This document shows positions 48,851-59,831 of a DNA stretch of 64,000 nt, piece after piece. The position numbers and the translations under genes are program-made. The DNA is from an uncultured Candidatus Saccharibacteria bacterium (GTDB lineage: Bacteria; Patescibacteriota; Minisyncoccia; Phycocordibacterales; Phycocordibacteraceae). The stretch's first letter is position 1. Every line of letters begins with the position of its first letter. The stretch is taken from the NCBI GenBank assembly GCA_964398815.1, contig CAYNNZ010000004.1, positions 8,074 to 72,073 of the forward strand, read 5' to 3'. The notes under the pieces are model-generated. The model was not told where the DNA came from. It ran no database searches and was given only the letters and a program-made list of their open reading frames with translations.

Positions 48851-48909
48851 AAAGCCGCCTATGGCGGCCTTTGTGTATATAAAAAGAAAAGGCCCTACGT
48901 GAGGGCCTT
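48851..48909. terminator. Two tandem terminator-like hairpins
   Basis: AAAAGCCGCC-TAT-GGCGGCCTTTGTGTAT, then AAAAGGCCCT-ACGTG-AGGGCC. Each has an A-run on one side and a T-run on the other. Confidence 0.5.
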
Positions 48910-49109
48910 GGGGGGTTGGGAGGTGGGATGGGGTGGTCGTGGGGTGACCGCGCCGTTGTCGGGGGGGCGTCAGCTGGCGCTCCCACCTCCCAGAATGGTT
49001 ATAACATCTCCTTGCTGATTATGCAAGTATGTTTCCGGACCGAGGCGTATATTGACTTTTCCCGCATTTTATGCTATTAAATACCCAACGTCATTCTGGG
49101 AGATAGACA

Positions 49110-49508
49110 ATGACTAAGAACATTCCGTTCAAATTCACCGTTGCGTTCACCTTCCTCTTGGGCTTCGGCTTGCTTGCCTTCGCCTGCTTCCTGCAGTGGG
49201 ACATCACGGACTACCCGAATAGGGTCTATATGTCCGAGATGATCGCCCGCGGCTGGTCCGCCACTGCCGGCGCCCTGCCGGCCTCGACGACTGCCCGCTT
49301 CCCCATGCTCGGCGACGGGTATCTGGGCGTCTGCGCCCCGATCGTCTTCGCCATCATGGGCTTCGCCATGCTGGTGCTCGGCTGGCATCTCCTCGATGCC
49401 GTCCATAAGGACGACGAGGAAGAGCCGGAAGAGCCGGCGCGTGAGCCCGTGGCGACGGACGACAACGTCCGCCACATGGGTGAAGGCGCCCGCGACATCG
49501 CGGCCTAG
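49110..49508 (+). CDS. Hypothetical membrane protein (132 aa)
   Basis: MTKNIPFKFTVAFTFLLGFGLLAFACFLQW...; GGGAGA RBS. Upstream promoter-like TTGACT-17-TATTAA. Followed by a terminator at 49533..49570. Confidence 0.5.
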   Translation: MTKNIPFKFTVAFTFLLGFGLLAFACFLQWDITDYPNRVYMSEMIARGWSATAGALPASTTARFPMLGDGYLGVCAPIVFAIMGFAMLVLGWHLLDAVHKDDEEEPEEPAREPVATDDNVRHMGEGARDIAA

Positions 49509-49571
49509 CAACACCAACAGCGCATCATGCGCGAGCCCCTGCCATCACGGCGGGGGCTCTTAGTTTTATAT

Positions 49572-49609
49572 AAAAAGGAAAAGGGGTCGACGCCAAAGAC
49601 GTCGACCCC
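49572..49609 (-). terminator. Rho-independent terminator after the flavodoxin-like reductase gene
   Basis: GGGGTCGACG-CCAAAGA-CGTCGACCCC with a T-run on the minus strand. Confidence 0.55.
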
Positions 49610-49687
49610 CGCTCCGAGGCCATAGAGGCTGGGAAGTGCCAGCCCCGGAGTTCGTCAGCTGGGAGGCTGAACAAGCACAGAATTGCA

Positions 49688-50269
49688 CTACTTAGCTGCG
49701 CGCGCAAGCGACGCAATGGCCTTCAGATAGCGTGCTTTGCGTGCTGGGGTGCAACTCTCTGAATTTCCAAACTGCGTAAGGCTCACCTTATAGCCAGACA
49801 TACCAAGAGTGGCGTAGGAGATTTCGTTCGTGAAGTCACCGAATACGAGACGTATGAAAATTGGCGGCATCTTGGAAAGCGTAATGACTCGCGCCGTCTT
49901 CCCCGTCATCATGCGGTCCCATCCCATACCGTTCTTCCAGAAATGGAACGCAAAGCTGGGAAGCCAGATACGGTCAAAGAATCCCTTGAGTAGCGCAGGC
50001 ATTGCCGACCACCAGACTGGATACAGGAGCACGAAGTGGTCCGCCCACTTCATATCCTCCTGCACTTTCTTCAGGTCCGGCTCGAGTTCTTGAATTACCT
50101 TGTAGCCCTTGTGGAGAATGGGGTCGAACGAAAGGTCCCCGATATTCGCACGTCGCACGTAGTGGCCAGCATCGGCGGCCGCCTTTTCGTATGCATCGGC
50201 AAGTTCGTTCGTAAGTGTACCGTCCTTATCGGGATTACCCATCAGGATATAGATGTTCTTCTGCTTCAT
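49688..50269 (-). CDS. NAD(P)H-dependent FMN reductase / flavodoxin-like fold oxidoreductase
   Basis: MKQKNIYILMGNPDKDGTLTNELADAY...HFVLLYPVWWSAMPALLKGFFDR; Flavodoxin_2 / NAD(P)H-quinone-reductase-like. 193 aa. Confidence 0.7.
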   Translation of the reverse strand: MKQKNIYILMGNPDKDGTLTNELADAYEKAAADAGHYVRRANIGDLSFDPILHKGYKVIQELEPDLKKVQEDMKWADHFVLLYPVWWSAMPALLKGFFDRIWLPSFAFHFWKNGMGWDRMMTGKTARVITLSKMPPIFIRLVFGDFTNEISYATLGMSGYKVSLTQFGNSESCTPARKARYLKAIASLARAAK

Positions 50270-50327
50270 GCCGTAACTTTATCATGCGACCACCCCCATC
50301 TCCGTGTCGACTTTAGGGCGACTGGAA

Positions 50328-50361
50328 AAGTTAATAGTGCGATATATCGCACTATTAACTT
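50328..50361. promoter_or_regulatory. Perfect 34-bp palindrome (17-bp inverted repeat, no spacer)
   Basis: AAGTTAATAGTGCGATA|TATCGCACTATTAACTT. I checked that the sequence equals its own reverse complement. It lies between the 77-aa gene and the reductase gene. Confidence 0.6.
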
Positions 50362-50403
50362 TCTGTGTTGGTGGTGCCATCTATCGCAAGCCGTAGCGAA
50401 GAC

Positions 50404-50637
50404 CTATTTCTGCATTAAAGCCGCGAGTTCACTGCGGTATTTTTTCATTACTTCCATCGTCGCCTTCATCTGTGGCTCGCCTCCCTTTTTGACGCGGCGA
50501 TCCACCTCTTCGCCAATCTTCTTAAACAGTTCCGGGTCCTTCGTCACAAGCGCCATAATCTGCTCGCGCTGCGCCTCCGGCACGTCTTTCATTTTCGCCT
50601 TCATCATCTGGCGCAGGAAAAAATCTTGTACTCCCAT
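50404..50637 (-). CDS. Hypothetical small protein (77 aa)
   Basis: Lys/Glu-rich helical ORF downstream of the 135-aa gene. Confidence 0.45.
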   Translation of the reverse strand: MGVQDFFLRQMMKAKMKDVPEAQREQIMALVTKDPELFKKIGEEVDRRVKKGGEPQMKATMEVMKKYRSELAALMQK

Positions 50638-50671
50638 AGTCGGTTCAGTATAGCAAAAAGGGTTGGGCCCG

Positions 50672-51079
50672 CTACCAGCGGGCCCATTCCTCTTCCTTTC
50701 GTTCCTGCAGAATTGCTTTTTTGCGGAGCCGTTCCAGCCGATGAGAGATGCGCTGCATCGTCATGTTCTGAATTTCAGCCGGGGTATCGGTCTCGTAGAC
50801 GGTAATCATGACCGCATCGCTGTTCGGCCTTGCGGCCACATGCTTGTCGACGCAGTCACGAGACGAGGTCACTTGGAGCGGGATACGCCCGTATTCCGTA
50901 TAGACCCACCCATCGATGCCGAGAAATAAGTCCTCGTATACGGTGCCGCGTTCGACGCGGTAGACGTCGTCGAGCAGTTCGACAGGAAATTTGTAGAAGG
51001 CGTCGAAGAACTGCTGTTCGCGCGCCTGACCGATTTGGACCCGCTCAAGGCCGGTGAATCGGGAAGTGATGTAGTTCAT
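50672..51079 (-). CDS. Hypothetical protein (135 aa)
   Basis: Start at ATG 51079 (MNYITSRFTG...) with an AGGAGC RBS. Immediately downstream of atpC. Confidence 0.5.
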   Translation of the reverse strand: MNYITSRFTGLERVQIGQAREQQFFDAFYKFPVELLDDVYRVERGTVYEDLFLGIDGWVYTEYGRIPLQVTSSRDCVDKHVAARPNSDAVMITVYETDTPAEIQNMTMQRISHRLERLRKKAILQERKEEEWARW

Positions 51080-51145
51080 CGCTTGCTCCTTCCGCGCGCG
51101 TTGCTGTCCACACAATACAACCCGCGCCCGGGATGACAAGGCGGA

Positions 51146-51388
51146 CTACAGCAGGACTGTGGCTTGGTTGCTCGAGACCTCCGCAATCCCTTTCTCAATT
51201 GAGAAGGTCTGCTTCTCTCCGTTCTCGGTCTCGACGACAGCATCACCTGCCTTAAGCGGCGTCACGAACGCCTCGTGGTTGGCCATCACGGTGAACACAC
51301 CTTCCTCGCCCGGAAGCGTAACGGCCACCGCTTCTCCGTCAAAGAGGTTCTCTCCGACTTTCGCGATAGTGAGATGAAAGGTTTTCAT
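51146..51388 (-). CDS. atpC: F1Fo ATP synthase epsilon subunit (beta-sandwich domain only)
   Basis: MKTFHLTIAKVGENLFDGEAVAVTLPGEEGVFTVMANHEAFVTPLKAGDAVV; only 80 aa, so it lacks the C-terminal helical hairpin. Confidence 0.85.
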   Translation of the reverse strand: MKTFHLTIAKVGENLFDGEAVAVTLPGEEGVFTVMANHEAFVTPLKAGDAVVETENGEKQTFSIEKGIAEVSSNQATVLL

Positions 51389-51395
51389 AAATTAA

Positions 51396-51617
51396 TTAGA
51401 TTACGTGCCAATACACGAGACCCCACGCAAGAATAAGAAAAAACAATAAGAATGGTATTGCATTCGGATACCATAGCGGTGACGCCTCTCGGGCACTTTT
51501 TGTTCCGAAATACGATTCCCATTTCTGTCCTTTGTATTTCGTCTGGAACAGCCAGAACATCACTGCAAGACACAATGTCGGTATCACTAGACCAAGAAGA
51601 GTTACGACTATTTCCAT
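51396..51617 (-). CDS. Small two-TM membrane protein inserted between atpD and atpC
   Basis: MEIVVTLLGLVIPTLCLAVMFWLFQTKYKGQKWESYFGTKSAREASPLWYPNAIPFLLFFLILAWGLVYWHVI; tightly packed (22-nt and 8-nt gaps) within the atp operon. Confidence 0.5.
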   Translation of the reverse strand: MEIVVTLLGLVIPTLCLAVMFWLFQTKYKGQKWESYFGTKSAREASPLWYPNAIPFLLFFLILAWGLVYWHVI

Positions 51618-51639
51618 GAGTAGTACCCTTTCGTTGCGA

Positions 51640-53945
<2,306 letters not shown>

Positions 53946-53969
53946 AGATGGGAGATAGGTAGAGAGTGA

Positions 53970-55520
53970 TTACTCGCCAGTGCGCTCGACGAACTGGTCG
54001 AGCTTCGCGCGAAGGTCCTTCTCGATGGTCTCGTTGATTTCGCGCGTGGTGCGGATTGCCGCGAGCACGTCATTCGCTTCGCGCGAAAGATACTCCTGCA
54101 GGCGCTCCTCTGCCTGACTTGTCTTCTCCGGCGGGAATCCATCGAAGTAGCCGTTCACTGCAGCGAAGATGACTGCTGCTTCCATCTCAAACGGAAGCGG
54201 CTTGCCGTTTGGCTGCTTGAGCATCTCCGTCATGCGGCGGCCAGAGTCAATCTGCTTCTTCGTGTTCTCATCGAGGTCGGATGCGAACTGCATGAACGCC
54301 TCAAGTTCGCGGAACTGTGCGAGCTCGAGCTTAATCTTTCCGGACACCTTCTTCATAGCCTTCGTCTGTGCAGCAGAACCCACGCGAGACACGGAGTTAC
54401 CAACGTCGATAGCCGGACGGAGTCCTTGGTTGAAGAGGTTGGTGAGCACGAATATCTGTCCGTCCGTGATGGAAATCACGTTCGTCGGAATGTAGGTCGA
54501 GATGTCGCCTTCCTGCGTCTCGATGATAGGAAGTGCGGTGAGCGAACCACCACCCTTTTCCTTAGAGAGCTTTGCGGCGCGCTCGAGGAGGCGGGAGTGG
54601 AGGTAGAAGATGTCTCCCGGGTATGCCTCGCGGCCCGGCGGGCGACGAAGAAGGAGCGACATCTGGCGGTATGCCACGGCCTGCTTGGAGAGGTCGTCGT
54701 AGATGACGAGTGCGTCCTTGCCCTGCTCCATGAAGTGCTCGCCGATAGCAGCACCTGCGAACGGTGCGAGGTACTGGAAGGCAGCCGGAGAGGATGCCGG
54801 TGCAGTGACGACGATGGTGTACTCCATTGCGCCCTTGTCTGCGAGCTCTGCAACGAGCTTCGCGGTCTTCGACTCCTTCTGGCCGATAGCAACGTACACA
54901 CAGATAGGACGATTCTCAGCCGGCTCAGACTTCTGGTTGATGATGGTGTCTATCGCGATGGTGGTCTTACCCGTTCCGCGGTCACCAATGATGAGCTCGC
55001 GCTGGCCGCGACCAATTGGCACCATGGCGTCGATAGCCTTAATGCCCGTGTGAAGCGGCGTGTTCACCGGAGAGCGGTCCATAACGCCGTATGCTTCGGA
55101 CTCGATAGGACGAATCTTGTCGGCACCCGTCGGGCCCTTGCCGTCTACCGGCTCGCCGAGCGGATTCACCACGCGACCGACGAGCGAGTCACCTACTGGG
55201 ATGGAGAGTAGGCGGCCGACGCGACGCACGAGCATGCCCTCATAGACGCGAGCATTGTCTCCGAGCACGACGGCACGCACGCCGTCTTCCTCGAGGTTGA
55301 GCACGAGGCCGTAGATGGGGTCAGCATCTTTGAGCGCAGCCTCGAGAGTGCGGTCGAACGTAGGATCAAAGAGCACCATCTCGTTCATGATGGCTCCCTC
55401 CAGTCCGTCTATCTCCGCGATACCGTCTCCAGTAGCGCGCACAATACCTGTCTCCTGCACGTCGCCTTTCGGGGCGAAGCCTGCGATTTCACTCTCGATG
55501 CGCTTGATAATGCTCTCCAT
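53970..55520 (-). CDS. atpA: F1Fo ATP synthase alpha subunit
   Basis: GDRGTGKT Walker A; alpha-family C-terminus; 516 aa. Confidence 0.97.
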   Translation of the reverse strand: MESIIKRIESEIAGFAPKGDVQETGIVRATGDGIAEIDGLEGAIMNEMVLFDPTFDRTLEAALKDADPIYGLVLNLEEDGVRAVVLGDNARVYEGMLVRRVGRLLSIPVGDSLVGRVVNPLGEPVDGKGPTGADKIRPIESEAYGVMDRSPVNTPLHTGIKAIDAMVPIGRGQRELIIGDRGTGKTTIAIDTIINQKSEPAENRPICVYVAIGQKESKTAKLVAELADKGAMEYTIVVTAPASSPAAFQYLAPFAGAAIGEHFMEQGKDALVIYDDLSKQAVAYRQMSLLLRRPPGREAYPGDIFYLHSRLLERAAKLSKEKGGGSLTALPIIETQEGDISTYIPTNVISITDGQIFVLTNLFNQGLRPAIDVGNSVSRVGSAAQTKAMKKVSGKIKLELAQFRELEAFMQFASDLDENTKKQIDSGRRMTEMLKQPNGKPLPFEMEAAVIFAAVNGYFDGFPPEKTSQAEERLQEYLSREANDVLAAIRTTREINETIEKDLRAKLDQFVERTGE

Positions 55521-55534
55521 AATGTGCGTGGTTA

Positions 55535-55900
55535 TTAAGTAGTTACCTTTCGATAGAGCTCAATGAGCCCCTGCTTGGCGCTCCTATCTATGAGCGTCCC
55601 TCCTGTGCGTGCGCGCCATCCGCGGATGAGCGCCGGGTTCACGGTCGCGTGCGCGACCTCGATACCCTCTGCCTTTGCAGCCTTTACGGCGGCTGCCGCC
55701 TCCTTCTCGCTCGCTGCTTCTACAGACGGGGCGAGTTTTGCCTTGCGGGCTTCCAGGACGCGCAGATGGCGCAGGATTCCGGGGAGTAGCTTTACGCGTC
55801 CGGTCTCGGTGAGGTGCTTCGTCAATTCAGCGACAAGCTTCTTCTCGTCGCTTCCTTGTGCGAGCAGGTTCTCGATTGCCTTTGCGTAGAGCTTCTCCAT
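55535..55900 (-). CDS. atpH: F1Fo ATP synthase delta subunit (minimal, 121 aa)
   Basis: N-terminal YAKA motif and C-terminal ...LIRGWRARTGGTLIDRSAKQGL resemble the OSCP/delta termini. Position between atpF and atpA. Confidence 0.65.
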   Translation of the reverse strand: MEKLYAKAIENLLAQGSDEKKLVAELTKHLTETGRVKLLPGILRHLRVLEARKAKLAPSVEAASEKEAAAAVKAAKAEGIEVAHATVNPALIRGWRARTGGTLIDRSAKQGLIELYRKVTT

Positions 55901-55902
55901 GA

Positions 55903-56346
55903 CTATTTATCGCGGAGCACCTTCTCTGCGGCGAGCACGGCCATGCGCGCGATTTCCTTTTCGCTTTCGCGAAGCGTGCGAGCCGCCTCTTCCTTTGCGC
56001 GAGCCTCAGCATCCTTCTCGACGCTTGCTGCACGCGCTTCTGCCTCCTTCACGATGCGAGTGCGCTCCTGCTGCGCGCTTTCGCGTGCGGTAGCAACGAT
56101 GCCCTCTGCTTCGCTTTCTGCACCCTGCACGACCTTCGCCGCCTCGTCGTCTGCCTTTGCAGCCTTCGCCTCAGCCTCTTCGGCTGCACGAACACCCGCT
56201 GCAATCTTTTCTTTGCGCGCCTCGAGCGTAGCCATCACTGGCTTATAGAGGAGGTACCAGAGCACCGTCATCAGCACGCCGAAGTTCACCAGCTGCGCGA
56301 TGAGGAGCGGTACTTGGAGACCGAATGCTGCGAAGAGGTCAGACAT
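55903..56346 (-). CDS. atpF: F1Fo ATP synthase subunit b
   Basis: Single N-terminal TM followed by a long Ala/Glu/Lys-rich helix; 147 aa. Confidence 0.8.
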   Translation of the reverse strand: MSDLFAAFGLQVPLLIAQLVNFGVLMTVLWYLLYKPVMATLEARKEKIAAGVRAAEEAEAKAAKADDEAAKVVQGAESEAEGIVATARESAQQERTRIVKEAEARAASVEKDAEARAKEEAARTLRESEKEIARMAVLAAEKVLRDK

Positions 56347-56495
56347 AGAATTGGTAAGTGAGGTTTAGTTAGAGAGTGCGATTACAAAGTTTCTTATGCA
56401 AGGCATGGGTGAACGATGAGCGGAGACGTATGTGCTATACGGCGAAGCGAAGCGTTGGGACCCATAACGTAGCAGAAGGAACTTTTAATCGTGCT

Positions 56496-56732
<237 letters not shown>

Positions 56733-56789
56733 TTACTTTTTAATTTTCGAACTCCATCCCGGAGCCGCATGAAGGCACTAGCCAAATGG

Positions 56790-57596
56790 CTAATGCGCCT
56801 CGTGCGGGTCAGTGACAGACAGCTTGATGAAGAACATGGTGAGCATAGCGAACACCAAGGCCTGAATCGCGCCGATGAACATCTCGAAGCCCATGAGCGG
56901 CACCGGAAGCAGATACGGCAGGAAGTAGCCGGCGACCAGAATCATCACCTCGCCGGCAAAGATGTTGCCGAAGAGACGGAACGAGAACGAGACGAGGCGG
57001 GAGAGATTCGAGACAACTTCGATGAGGCCCACGACGAAATTGACCGGTGAAGTAACGTTAACAAACCGGCCGACATACTTCCACCATCCGAGTACCGCGA
57101 TGCCGGTGATTTCGATGACGAAGAAGGAGATGAATGCGAGTGCGAGCGTGAAGTTCAGGTCTGCCGCAGGCGCGCGGAAGAGCGGCTCGAACTCCGTTCC
57201 GTGGAAAAGACCGATGGAGCCGATACCCGGAAGGAACGCGAGCTCATTCCCTACGAGGATAAAGAGGAAGATGGTCGCGATGAGCGGGAAGAAGCGCTTC
57301 GCGAGTGCTTCGCTCTCGAAGGTCTCCATGACATAGCCGTAAGCACCTTCGAATACCCATTCCACCGCTGCCTGCAGCTTGCCCGGAATCATTTTGAGCG
57401 TTCCGCGGAACCAGATAGCGAAAATGATGAGCACCGCCATGACGAGCCAGGTCATGAGGAGCGAGTTCGTAATTGGGAAGCCGAACAGGTGCCCAAGCAC
57501 TTCGGCTTTGAGCGATACGTGGATAGGGCTTTCGTGCACCGCCTCGGTGGCGGTTGCGATAGCGGTCGTCGAAGCTGCGACTAGCTCAACGTCCAT
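56790..57596 (-). CDS. atpB: F1Fo ATP synthase subunit a
   Basis: Polytopic protein with the conserved Arg region (…NLSRLVSFSFRLFGNIFAG…). Start taken at ATG 57596; the track start at 57668 is TTG. Confidence 0.85.
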   Translation of the reverse strand: MDVELVAASTTAIATATEAVHESPIHVSLKAEVLGHLFGFPITNSLLMTWLVMAVLIIFAIWFRGTLKMIPGKLQAAVEWVFEGAYGYVMETFESEALAKRFFPLIATIFLFILVGNELAFLPGIGSIGLFHGTEFEPLFRAPAADLNFTLALAFISFFVIEITGIAVLGWWKYVGRFVNVTSPVNFVVGLIEVVSNLSRLVSFSFRLFGNIFAGEVMILVAGYFLPYLLPVPLMGFEMFIGAIQALVFAMLTMFFIKLSVTDPHEAH

Positions 57597-57704
57597 ACGA
57601 AAAAGAGACCCGTCTGGGCCGATACCCCTGTCATAGGGCCATTCTAGCAAAGGAGTCGCTATCCACAAAGAACATCAGGCCCGTAGGCGGCATGTGTCCT
57701 AATT

Positions 57705-57733
57705 TTGACGCGGGAAATAAAACATGGTAGATT
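57705..57733 (+). promoter_or_regulatory. Putative sigma-70-type promoter for cspA (TTGACG-17-TAGATT), very short leader
   Basis: Sequence inspection; the ATG is about 9 nt downstream of the -10 box. Confidence 0.35.
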
Positions 57734-57742
57734 CATTACATT

Positions 57743-57946
57743 ATGCAGCGCGGCAAGATTTCCCAGCTGGGCGACCGCGAATCCGGCTTCATCAAGCGGG
57801 ATGGCGCGAAGGAGGACCTCTTCTTCCATTCTGATGCGCTTCAGGGCATCACCTTCCGCGAGCTCAAGAAGGGGGACAAAGTGGTCTACACCGAAATCAA
57901 GAGCATGAAGGGTCCCTACGCGACTAAGGTCCTCAAGGACAAATAA
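57743..57946 (+). CDS. cspA: Cold-shock protein (CspA family)
   Basis: GKISQLGDRESGFIKRDGAKEDLFFHSDAL...GDKVVY: RNP1/RNP2 motifs of the cold-shock domain; 67 aa. Confidence 0.9.
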   Translation: MQRGKISQLGDRESGFIKRDGAKEDLFFHSDALQGITFRELKKGDKVVYTEIKSMKGPYATKVLKDK

Positions 57947-57949
57947 CAA

Positions 57950-57976
57950 AACAGCCCCTCGGGGCTGTTTTGCTTT
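57950..57976. terminator. Bidirectional rho-independent terminator (cspA and the convergent membrane-protein gene)
   Basis: AACAGCCCC-TC-GGGGCTGTTTTGCTTTT. Confidence 0.65.
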
Positions 57977-57979
57977 TGG

Positions 57980-58519
57980 CTACTGCTTTGGCTTTTTGAG
58001 CGCTTCGAGATCAGCGAGGAGTTTCTGCACATCGCTTGAGAGCTGCTCGAGAAGTGCCGCCTCATCGAGTGCGGCTTTCTCCCGTTTCTCTTTCCGCTGC
58101 TTCTGCTGCGTCACTTTCTGTTCCGCCTTCTCCTCTTCGCTCATTTCCTCGACATCTTCCTGAATCTCGTCGATGTCCTCACTGATTTCCTCGATGTCTT
58201 CCTGAATGTCCTCGACATCCTCCCCGAGCTCTTCGACATCTTCCTGAATTTCGTCGATGTCCTCCTCGACTTCGCGCAGCTGCTCGGTGTTACGGTTGAC
58301 CGCAATCTGGATGAAAATAGCCATATATATCGCCTCGAGCGAGACGACGGTGGTGAGGACCAGCAGCATCATCTGCCACTCCACGATGCCGAGCAGGGAG
58401 AGCAGGAAACACGCCACGAAAAAAATCGAGTGCAAAATCAAGGACGCTACCGATCCGATGGATGCGATAGCGGCCTCGATGAATGGAGTTTTCGGGCGCT
58501 CCTTTCTCATCAATCGCAC
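57980..58519 (-). CDS. Membrane protein with C-terminal acidic coiled-coil tandem repeats
   Basis: Two TM helices followed by (E/D)DI(D/E)EIQEDVEE repeats (DNA 58150..58273), then a Lys-rich tail. Confidence 0.6.
   Translation of the reverse strand: MRLMRKERPKTPFIEAAIASIGSVASLILHSIFFVACFLLSLLGIVEWQMMLLVLTTVVSLEAIYMAIFIQIAVNRNTEQLREVEEDIDEIQEDVEELGEDVEDIQEDIEEISEDIDEIQEDVEEMSEEEKAEQKVTQQKQRKEKREKAALDEAALLEQLSSDVQKLLADLEALKKPKQ
58150..58273. repeat. Imperfect 36-nt tandem repeat (about 3.5 copies) within the coding sequence
   Basis: CTCGACATCTTCCTGAAT(C/G/T)TCGTCGATGTCCTC... repeated; encodes EDIDEIQEDVEE units. Confidence 0.6.
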
Positions 58520-58734
58520 CGTATCTCTGTAACGCGTGTTTGTCTACCACTTCACTGATTGCGACAGTGCATAACATCAAACAAGTCGACCATGAGCGCG
58601 CATTCTGGAAAGTTTGAGTGCGAGGCGCGGGCAATCGAAGAGCGTAGGCGTATTCATATACGACGGAGCGAGGAGATGGGCGTCCGCAACGACGCAATCG
58701 AGCTTTGCAGTTGCGTGCGCTTTACTGTTAAAAT

Positions 58735-59802
58735 TTGCACATGCCGGGCCCCCAAAGGACCTTAATGCCCCATACGTTTGGGCCTCAAAAGAAAAAACCG
58801 AGCTCGCAAGTTCGGAAAGCTTTGGTGTCTACCGGACCGGTTGTACTCTCCACGCTCGTGATGGCAATCGCGCTCTTCTCGCTTCCTTCTATTCTTTCGT
58901 TCGACCTACGCGCCGATGAGTTATCGCAGCGTGCGAAGGCGCCATTCCCCGTATCGGTCGACCCTGCACGCAAAGTCATTGTCGAGAGTCCTACTGCTGA
59001 CGCACTGCTGCGCGAGGGTACAAACCCCGCCCTTTCTGCAGCTGCTACACAGGCGAGTACCTTCATCGCATGGCTCGCCTCGAAGATTGCTGACTTCCCT
59101 GTCTATCGCCTGCTTGCAGGTGCGGACGTGAATTTCGTGACCATCCAGCCAGGGTACCGACAGGAACAGGTTGCTTCTGCGTTCGCGAGCAGTCTCGGCT
59201 GGAGTGTGAAGGAGCGCCAGGCATTCCTTGCAAACGTAAAATCGACGCCACCAACGCTTTCCGAAGGAGAGTTCGTGCCGGGCACGTATGAGGTGCATGG
59301 AGCAATGACGCCTACGGAGGTGCAGAACATGCTGAACGACCGCTTTACCGCGGAAATATTGAATCGCTACAGCACCACGACTTCAGAACAGGTTCCGCTC
59401 ATGGATGCGCTCACCATCGCTTCGCTCATCGAGCGCGAGACTGGCGGCACCGACGATATGCGTATGATTTCCGGAATTATCTGGAATCGTCTCTTTGTGA
59501 ATATGAACCTGCAGATTGATGCGACGCTGCAGTATGCGAAGTCCGCAAATACCAAATCATGGTGGCCACCCGTGAAGCCAGCCGATAAATACATAAAGTC
59601 CGCATATAACACCTATGCGCATCCGGGCCTCCCGCCAGGACCTATTGCGAGCCCTTCAGTTGCTGCGGTTATCGCTGCACTCAATCCGAAGCCGACGGAC
59701 TGCATCTTCTATTTCCATGACAAGTATGGAAACTTCCACTGCTCCGAGAATTACTCCGAGCACGTGAAGTCACTTAAAAAGTATTACGGTCAGGGGAAAT
59801 AA
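58735..59802 (+). CDS. MltG/YceG-family endolytic transglycosylase, second divergent paralog
   Basis: TM segment near the N-terminus; C-terminal YNTYAHPGLPPGPIASPSVAAVIAALNP and catalytic-region ASLIERETG. 355 aa. Confidence 0.8.
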   Translation: MHMPGPQRTLMPHTFGPQKKKPSSQVRKALVSTGPVVLSTLVMAIALFSLPSILSFDLRADELSQRAKAPFPVSVDPARKVIVESPTADALLREGTNPALSAAATQASTFIAWLASKIADFPVYRLLAGADVNFVTIQPGYRQEQVASAFASSLGWSVKERQAFLANVKSTPPTLSEGEFVPGTYEVHGAMTPTEVQNMLNDRFTAEILNRYSTTTSEQVPLMDALTIASLIERETGGTDDMRMISGIIWNRLFVNMNLQIDATLQYAKSANTKSWWPPVKPADKYIKSAYNTYAHPGLPPGPIASPSVAAVIAALNPKPTDCIFYFHDKYGNFHCSENYSEHVKSLKKYYGQGK

Positions 59803-59805
59803 GTA

Positions 59806-59831
59806 GAAGCGGTCACCCGGATGACCGCTTC
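59806..59831. terminator. Terminator-like hairpin (10-bp perfect stem) after the MltG paralog
   Basis: GAAGCGGTCA-CCCGGA-TGACCGCTTC. Confidence 0.5.
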
